64,000 nucleotides of DNA, taken from positions 1 to 64,000 of IMG/VR virus record IMGVR_UViG_3300014838_000015, one strand, 5' to 3'. Both the position numbers and the translations under genes were made by a program. This DNA comes from a virus. This document shows, piece after piece, positions 57,672 through 64,000 of the stretch (its first letter is position 1; each line of letters starts with the position of its first letter). A model generated the notes under the pieces. That model saw only the letters and a program-made list of their open reading frames with translations. It made no database searches and was not told the DNA's origin.

Positions 57672-58751
57672 ATGGCAAAAACGCTGAAAAAACTGTACGA
57701 TGTCAAACGAATTGAACTCATCAAGGAACGAGCAAAATCAGCGAACGTTCAATTGTTGAACGAACAACGAACCGTAACGTTGCTTTTAGAAGTGATGGAT
57801 CAAGATGATTTGAACAAAGTAACAGCAATCATCCAAAAACTGGATAGCATCAAAACTCCTGAGTTACCAAGACTAAGCGCTGCAATTGAACAAGCGATTT
57901 CAGAAATAAACAAGTACACCGGTGGTGGACCATTGACGAAGGCATGGAACAAACTAAAAACGATGGCAGGAATCGATAATCCCGTTGTCAAGGTCACCGT
58001 ATTTGCAAACGCGCTTGAACGTGGCTTTGCTCAGGTACCAACGATCCTCAGAAACAACGGCATCAATCTAAAAAATGCCGACCTCACAAAAAGCCTGGCA
58101 ACCATGCTCGCTGACCCGAAAAAAACCGGCGAAAAATCCGATAAAGACATCGGCATGCAACCTCCAGAACAACCTGAATCGTTCAACGTACCAGAAGGCG
58201 TGCAGAACGAAGCAAGGGTTGACGTTGCAGGAAAGCTCAAGATCGTTGTTGATCAGCTACAAAAGGCACTTGCACCCGGAGGAATATTCGGTGCGTTCAA
58301 GAAGGTTCCTTACATCAACGGTCAAGAATTAGCACAGGAACTCGTTCAGGCACCGATCAACGTATTTGCAAAGATCGCAAAGAAAATACAAACAGGTGCA
58401 AAGGCCGCAGACGTAGCTCCGGACCTCAAATCACAGATCACTGGACAGGGTGGCGAACAAACGAAACCCACAACTGACGATGATCCAACGAAGAAGACGC
58501 AACAAACACAACCAACGTCACCAAGCGGGCCAACCAACTCTCCGCAGCCCACCGTGCCCACAGGAGAACATCCAACAAACGGAGCGCCCGGTGAGAGAGG
58601 TGGAGGTGCACCGCCTGCACAAGATCACGAGAAGGTGATTCTGGGGCAATTGAAGGATAATGGTACACTTACACGATTGGGAATCAATATTCCAAACGCT
58701 AAAGCATTTATAAAAGCAATAAACGACCTAGGCGTTTTTAAGCAAAAATAA
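57672..58751 (+). CDS. Putative internal head protein (isolated plus-strand late gene)
   Basis: TACTTA at 57639-57644; LIKE/LLNE/LLLE sites; Pro/Thr/Gln-rich tail. Confidence 0.5.
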   Translation: MAKTLKKLYDVKRIELIKERAKSANVQLLNEQRTVTLLLEVMDQDDLNKVTAIIQKLDSIKTPELPRLSAAIEQAISEINKYTGGGPLTKAWNKLKTMAGIDNPVVKVTVFANALERGFAQVPTILRNNGINLKNADLTKSLATMLADPKKTGEKSDKDIGMQPPEQPESFNVPEGVQNEARVDVAGKLKIVVDQLQKALAPGGIFGAFKKVPYINGQELAQELVQAPINVFAKIAKKIQTGAKAADVAPDLKSQITGQGGEQTKPTTDDDPTKKTQQTQPTSPSGPTNSPQPTVPTGEHPTNGAPGERGGGAPPAQDHEKVILGQLKDNGTLTRLGINIPNAKAFIKAINDLGVFKQK

Positions 58752-59931
58752 TTCCATCAAGATCGTTCAACGTTCTCATACACTGCACAACGTATGTTTG
58801 TGCTGCAATCTCTTTCGCAACGAGCTCACCATCGATCGTTAACCCGTGTTCGATCATCGACTTGACAGAGCGCAATGATTGATCTATCGCTTGCGAATTC
58901 ACAATGAAATTCCTGTTGTTGGGCAATCTAACGATGACGTGATTTGGCGTTAGAGACCTGATTCGTTTATCAAACAACATTCCCTTATCATCTATGCTTT
59001 CATCGTTTCTACGATTTCGCAACTCGTAAACGTGTTGAGACACGCGATTATGTGTTTTTGAATTCGTTACAACGACGCGACCATTTTGAACCGTAATTTG
59101 ATCAATGATTGGAGCATCGCTAAATCTTATGCTGCTGATTAAATCACCCTTAAGGCTAGACACAAGATCACAACCACAAACAATTGATATATCAACCAAC
59201 GTATTCATTCCCTCAAGATCAAAGTTCACGGCGATTGGAATGACACGTAGGCTACCTCTATCGTAGTTTGTTCGTAACGTATGAATAACATCATCTGAAG
59301 CTCCACGTAAAAAAACAACGCATGGTTCTTTAGCTTCACCCGCAGACTCCAACAAATGATGTATTTCTGACACGTTTTCAACGTAACCATCGATGCAAAA
59401 GATCCTTGAATGAGTAAATGTTACATTGAGTGGTATCAATTGTTTTAATAAAAACGTGTAACCTCTAACGAGTTCAACGGATGGCACGTTCGATTGCGTC
59501 TTTTCAACGATCACCTTTCCACAGAATCCAGCCGACAAAATTGCCTTATTTGTCAGGTTTTCAATGAAAGCATCAGCATCTTTTGTACACGTTGAAACAA
59601 TTCGCTTAACATCGTTCATCGTTGGTGCGATTGCAGAGCGTGAAACAACGTTTGTGCTGGATGTTTGCTCATTGATGAGCAATTCGATGAACCTATCGAA
59701 TCCACCAACGCAGAACTTTTCAGCCATCACCGCATTGCTCATTATCGTTTCATGAATCAATCGTTCGGCATCCGTTTTTAACTTCAGTCCAAACAACACC
59801 TGCATTTTAGTGTGTAACATTATTCCATTCTTTTCTCTAGTCAATGCAGATGATTTGATACAAGAATGTATTCTCTTGATAACATTCAAAACGTTTGAAA
59901 TAATTGCTTGAGCGTTGCTTGTTGTTCCCAT
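58738..59931 (-). CDS. Divergent GroEL/Cpn60-like protein
   Basis: G.VIVEK....VELVRGY.F; apical-domain-like IHHLLE.A...P......DVIHTL..N..RG.L.V..I; L.DI.IV.G; no GDGTT motif. Confidence 0.7.
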   Translation of the reverse strand: MGTTSNAQAIISNVLNVIKRIHSCIKSSALTREKNGIMLHTKMQVLFGLKLKTDAERLIHETIMSNAVMAEKFCVGGFDRFIELLINEQTSSTNVVSRSAIAPTMNDVKRIVSTCTKDADAFIENLTNKAILSAGFCGKVIVEKTQSNVPSVELVRGYTFLLKQLIPLNVTFTHSRIFCIDGYVENVSEIHHLLESAGEAKEPCVVFLRGASDDVIHTLRTNYDRGSLRVIPIAVNFDLEGMNTLVDISIVCGCDLVSSLKGDLISSIRFSDAPIIDQITVQNGRVVVTNSKTHNRVSQHVYELRNRRNDESIDDKGMLFDKRIRSLTPNHVIVRLPNNRNFIVNSQAIDQSLRSVKSMIEHGLTIDGELVAKEIAAQTYVVQCMRTLNDLDGIIFA

Positions 59932-59980
59932 GCCAACAATGTAACACTGGACGACACGCGCGTTAAGAATATGTTTAACA

Positions 59981-60324
59981 GAAATTTCTAAATTTCTAGA
60001 AATTTCTAGAAATTTAATCTTTAAAGATTAAATTTTCATTTACAGTGGTCGCTGTACGCCGTTCGCTGTAAATGAAAATTTAAATTTTCATTTACAGCTG
60101 ATAGCTGTTGCCGTTTAATCATTACTACTAAATTTAAGCTATCAGCTTAAAGCTTAAATTTAAGTTAAATTTAACAGTACAGCTTAACAGCGTAGCATTC
60201 GCTGTACGCCGTTCGCTGTAAATGAAAATTTAAATTTTCATTTACAGCTGTTAGCTGTCTCTGTTAATCATTACTACTAAATTTAAGCTTAAACTGATAG
60301 CTTAAATTTAGTAGTAATGATTAA
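59981..60324. repeat. AT-rich nested palindrome/direct-repeat array between divergent transcription units
   Basis: 34-bp perfect palindromes at 60065-60098 and 60215-60248; 26-bp palindrome at 60010-60035; 26-bp inverted repeat 60264-60289/60299-60324; ~90-bp direct repeat with 150-bp period. Confidence 0.92.
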
Positions 60325-60341
60325 GCGGTTGTTAACGTAAC

Positions 60342-60370
60342 CTGTACAAGAAGCGTGAATAGATTATCTT
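60342..60370 (+). promoter_or_regulatory. Putative promoter CTGTAC-N17-TATCTT for a leaderless transcript
   Basis: -10 box lies 6 nt before ATG 60377; no SD. Confidence 0.55.
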
Positions 60371-60376
60371 GTCTAG

Positions 60377-62281
60377 ATGGTACTAGACTTCAGCAGAAGT
60401 ATCTTCGAAGAACAGATCAACATCCCTCCAGAAACTCAGATCATATTCATTTCAGATATGTTCGCTAGCGAATTTATCGGAGGAGCTGAGCTAACAACGC
60501 AAGCGTTGATTGATTCCAGTCCTTTCAACGTTGCAAAAATCAGAAGCAAGGATGTAACTGAGGAATTCATACGTAAGAATGCGAACAAATTTTGGATCAT
60601 CGGGAATTTTTCTCAGCTGAATCCTGAGTGTATCCAGAAATTAATGCTCACTTCGTACTCGATTCTCGAATTCGATTACAAGTATTGTACGTACAGATCG
60701 CCTGAAAAACACGCCGCAATTGCAACGATGCCATGTGATTGTCACAACAAAAACAATGGAAAATTCGTTGAAAGTTTCTACAACGGATCAATGGGATTGT
60801 GGTGGATGTCAAAGAAACAGGAAGAACGTTACACAACAGCATTTCCAGTTCTTTGTAACGTGTCTCAACCAACGCTATCCAGCGTTTTTGATATACGAAC
60901 GCTTGATCTTTTACGAACGTTACGTATGAAGTATGCGTCAGTTGAACGATTGAAATGGGTCGTTTTAGGAAGTGATTCTTGGATAAAGGGATCAAAAATA
61001 GCGATTCAGTGGTGTAAAGATTCAAATAAACAATATGAGGTTATTTCAAATTTACCGTATGAACAAATGCTTGAGAAATTGGCATCTGCGAAGGGACTCG
61101 TGTACCTTCCACGAGGTGGTGATACGTGTCCTAGGTTGGTGATTGAAGCAAAGTTGTTGGGTTGCGAATTACACCTCAATGATAACGTTCAACACAAGGA
61201 TGAGGAATGGTTCGCAACAAACGATCTTGAAGCGATTGATTCATATCTCAGATCGTCTCCAGAACGTTTTTGGAATTCAATCAGACGAATGATTGATAAT
61301 GAACCAACGATAAGTGGTTATACAACAACGTACAATTGCATTGATCAACAATACCCGTATAAGCAATGCATTTCATCGATGCTTGCGTTTTGTGATGAAG
61401 TCTGCATCGTTGATGGCGGATCAATTGATGGAACGTGGGATGAATTATTGCAATGGAATCTAACAGAACCAAAATTGATCATTAAACAAATCAAGCGTGA
61501 TTGGTCGAGCAAGCGTCATCCGGTGTTTGATGGAATGCAAAAAGCTGAGGCAAGAAAACTTTGTACGTCAAAGTACTGTTGGCAACAGGATTCTGATGAA
61601 ATTGTTCATGAAAATGATGCTAAATTGATTGCTGGTATGTGTAAATTCATGCCAAGCAATGTTGATATTATGGCGCTTCCCGTGATTGAATATTGGGGAA
61701 GCGCAGATAAAGTACGTTGTGATGTAACGCCGTGGAAATGGCGATTGAGTAGAAATAAATTGAACATCACGCATGGAATTCCAAAGCAACTACGTCGAAC
61801 AGACGAAAATGATGAGATCTATGCAGCACAAGGTACAGATGGTTGCGATATGATCGATTCTGTCACTGGATTATCATTACCGCTTGTGAACTTTTACAAT
61901 CAACAGGTAGAATCATGTAGGATGAATGCTTTACGCGGTGATGATCGCGCACGTGTTGAGTATGAACGTTGGTTCAATGATGTTGTGAATTGTTTGCCAA
62001 GCATTTTTCATTATTCGTGGTTTGATCTTTCACGAAAAATTCGATTGTATCGTGATTACTGGCAAAACCATTGGAGAGCGTTATACGATCAAGATACGTC
62101 AGACACTGCACAAAATAATATGTTCTTTGATTTACCATGGTCAGAAGTTACAGATGAAATGATTGATGCACGCGCCGAGGAGTTAACACAAATTGGCGGT
62201 CATATTTGGCACAGCAAGTACAACGGCGAACGTACACCATGGATAACGTGTGGTAGGATTCAACCCAAGGTGATGTTATGA
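60377..62281 (+). CDS. Two-domain glycosyltransferase (GT-B-like + GT2/GT-A)
   Basis: GGAELT, WIKG, DTCPRLVIEAKLLGC; TTYN, IVDGGSIDGT, QDSDE. Confidence 0.85.
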   Translation: MVLDFSRSIFEEQINIPPETQIIFISDMFASEFIGGAELTTQALIDSSPFNVAKIRSKDVTEEFIRKNANKFWIIGNFSQLNPECIQKLMLTSYSILEFDYKYCTYRSPEKHAAIATMPCDCHNKNNGKFVESFYNGSMGLWWMSKKQEERYTTAFPVLCNVSQPTLSSVFDIRTLDLLRTLRMKYASVERLKWVVLGSDSWIKGSKIAIQWCKDSNKQYEVISNLPYEQMLEKLASAKGLVYLPRGGDTCPRLVIEAKLLGCELHLNDNVQHKDEEWFATNDLEAIDSYLRSSPERFWNSIRRMIDNEPTISGYTTTYNCIDQQYPYKQCISSMLAFCDEVCIVDGGSIDGTWDELLQWNLTEPKLIIKQIKRDWSSKRHPVFDGMQKAEARKLCTSKYCWQQDSDEIVHENDAKLIAGMCKFMPSNVDIMALPVIEYWGSADKVRCDVTPWKWRLSRNKLNITHGIPKQLRRTDENDEIYAAQGTDGCDMIDSVTGLSLPLVNFYNQQVESCRMNALRGDDRARVEYERWFNDVVNCLPSIFHYSWFDLSRKIRLYRDYWQNHWRALYDQDTSDTAQNNMFFDLPWSEVTDEMIDARAEELTQIGGHIWHSKYNGERTPWITCGRIQPKVML

Positions 62282-63012
62282 AAAAACTACACATCAAAGA
62301 CAAGCTTGAGGAGATCGGCGTTTCAGTTGATTCAATCGTTCTTGGAGATTTCGATCGTTTAGGTGAATTTTGTGCTAAACGTGAGAGATCATCGAATGAT
62401 CCCAATTACAAAAAATATGGATTATATTATCGATCAAACTACGAACGCGGAATTCTCATTTATTACCTCATTCGACAATTTAACCTTTCATCCATGCTTG
62501 AAATAGGATTTGGACGTGGTTATGGTACGTTTTGTGCAGCGAAAGCATTCCATGATGCAGGAATCGTTGGAAAGGTGACGACCGTTGATCCTAACTTTGA
62601 TGAACGATTCATGAGTGCGCTCAACCAAGTGTTGCCAAAGGAATGGTTCAATTACGTACAATTCGCTAAAGGTACGTCAAGTGATGTCATTCCTCAACTT
62701 AATCAAGAATATGATCTCGTGTACGTTGATGGCGATCATTCGTACCTAGGCACGAAGAGCGATTGGGAGAACGTAAGGAGCAGGTTCAACAGCTTTTGTT
62801 TATTCGATGATTATCATCTTCCATCGAAGGATGATCCAGGAATCAGGTGTCGTGATGCAATTGATGAAATTATTGAGGACGATATCAAATGCAATGAAAA
62901 AGAATTAATACTGATGGATCGTCTCATATTTAACGATGATAAACGAGACGTTGTACGTGACTACGGTCAGGTGTTACTAACGAAACAAGGAATCAAACGC
63001 GATGACTGGTAG
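62278..63012 (+). CDS. Class I SAM-dependent methyltransferase (Methyltransf_24-like)
   Basis: LEIGFGRGYGT, VDP, YDLVYVDGDHSY, FDDY. Confidence 0.85.
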   Translation: MKKLHIKDKLEEIGVSVDSIVLGDFDRLGEFCAKRERSSNDPNYKKYGLYYRSNYERGILIYYLIRQFNLSSMLEIGFGRGYGTFCAAKAFHDAGIVGKVTTVDPNFDERFMSALNQVLPKEWFNYVQFAKGTSSDVIPQLNQEYDLVYVDGDHSYLGTKSDWENVRSRFNSFCLFDDYHLPSKDDPGIRCRDAIDEIIEDDIKCNEKELILMDRLIFNDDKRDVVRDYGQVLLTKQGIKRDDW

Positions 63013-63346
63013 GTGTCACGTTCCACCAAAGGGTTGGTATTGTTCACGTGAAGAGTATCATGATGGACCTTGTGCTGCACATCCTGTGAAAAATATCTGG
63101 AATAGATTGAACGATCTCTTCAAGAGAGATGATGTTAAACAAAGTTCTTTAAATTTACGTTTAACGTTTTCTCCCAATGAAATTGAATACACAAAAGCTT
63201 GTGAATGGATCAATATTCACTGTTGTAAAGGTTCAACCGGCGATTCATATACGTGGTGTTTCACACCGACAGGTTTAGGCGTTGCGTGTACAGTACGTTG
63301 TTCATGCGGTGCAGAGCTAAACGTTACAGACTATGAGTCTTGGTAA
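63002..63346 (+). CDS. Cys-rich hypothetical protein
   Basis: C.R...HDGPC; FTPTGLG...V.C.CG...NVTDYESW. Confidence 0.6.
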   Translation: MTGRCHVPPKGWYCSREEYHDGPCAAHPVKNIWNRLNDLFKRDDVKQSSLNLRLTFSPNEIEYTKACEWINIHCCKGSTGDSYTWCFTPTGLGVACTVRCSCGAELNVTDYESW

Positions 63347-63776
63347 CGTCATGAAAGCTCTTGGATTATGGCAACCATATGCTGGATTGATTCGTTGTGG
63401 TATAAAAACTATCGAAACGAGGTTCTGGCCAACATCGTACAGAGGACCGTTGTTGATCTGTTCAACCAACAGAAAGATGAACATCACTGATCATCAAGTG
63501 ATAGCACACTACAATGATTCACGGTTGTCAACAGATGCATTTAGCTTCAATCTAGGCGTGATGCAGTGCGTTGTTGATGTGGTTGATTGCAGGTTGGGAA
63601 CAAAGGATGATGAACGTGCCGCATGTTGTGAACTATATGCGCTGAATCCACGAACGGGTATTGAACAACAAAAGTATGCATTCATTCTTGAAAACGTTAG
63701 ACTTGTGGATGAAAAACCCGTGAAGTGCGGTAGGAAGTGGTTTGACGTTCTAGATGAACTTGTCGTGGAGGTTTAA
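63333..63776 (+). CDS. ASCH domain protein
   Basis: L.QPYA.LI..G.KTIETR.W.T.YRG.L.I. Confidence 0.88.
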   Translation: MSLGNVMKALGLWQPYAGLIRCGIKTIETRFWPTSYRGPLLICSTNRKMNITDHQVIAHYNDSRLSTDAFSFNLGVMQCVVDVVDCRLGTKDDERAACCELYALNPRTGIEQQKYAFILENVRLVDEKPVKCGRKWFDVLDELVVEV

Positions 63777-63777
63777 C

Positions 63778-64000
63778 ATGGTTGATAATAAATTTGTGTT
63801 CATTGCACCGATCTACAATGCTTCAAAAACGTTGAATCAGATGATTGTATCGATTGTCGGTCAATCGTATTGCAACTGGAAAATCATATTGATTGATGAT
63901 GTGTCAGAAACTGTTCTAGAACGTGATAGTGAAAAATTCATAATCAATCAATGGAAAGACGTGTATGGATCAGATCGTATCGTAACGCTTTGGAACGATG
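63778..64000 (+). CDS. Glycosyltransferase family 2 (truncated by window end)
   Basis: MVDNKFVFIAPIYNASKTL...SIVGQSYCNWKIILIDDVS; GGAGG SD. Confidence 0.85.
   Translation, partial: MVDNKFVFIAPIYNASKTLNQMIVSIVGQSYCNWKIILIDDVSETVLERDSEKFIINQWKDVYGSDRIVTLWND

Noticed and set aside
59981-60324. CRISPR array
   Set aside because: Only two long repeat units, no unique regularly sized spacers and no cas genes.
1-64000. Alternative genetic code (TAG or TGA recoding)
   Set aside because: Long core genes are uninterrupted in code 11, and TAG/TGA end conserved genes at expected positions; only two local in-frame TAG cases were seen.
1-64000. tRNA or rRNA genes
   Set aside because: No cloverleaf with a canonical T-loop was recognised by eye in intergenic gaps; a tRNAscan-SE run would be needed to exclude them fully.

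Overview
A 64-kb segment of a large T4-like (jumbo-type) tailed phage genome, transcribed almost entirely on the minus strand up to ~59.9 kb and on the plus strand after that. Head module: gp23-like major capsid protein, scaffold, gp21-like prohead protease, a gp20-like portal with three inteins, large terminase and a gp4-like nuclease. DNA metabolism: a split gp47 / fused gp46 pair, primase, RuvC-like resolvase and DinG-like helicase. Also present: a block of probable virion proteins interleaved with free-standing homing endonucleases, Gly/Ser/Thr-rich fiber-like genes, a tmRNA missed by the ORF track (5718-6077), peptide deformylase, PIN-PhoH, a chaperonin lacking the ATPase motif, and the start of a glycosyltransferase cluster. 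Most unusual signals: (1) an AT-rich gene (17837-19003) flanked by a 53-bp duplication of the protease 3' end and carrying a 49-bp copy of the terminase 3' end, with both right-hand breakpoints inside a putative late-promoter hexamer; (2) a nuclease / nuclease-methyltransferase / Mom-like trio behind the capsid gene; (3) strong AACGTT over-representation; (4) widespread leaderless promoter architecture; (5) a dense palindrome array at the strand switch; (6) a conserved-looking structural gene that appears to start at ATA. All protein assignments come from recognising motifs by eye; no database searches were run.
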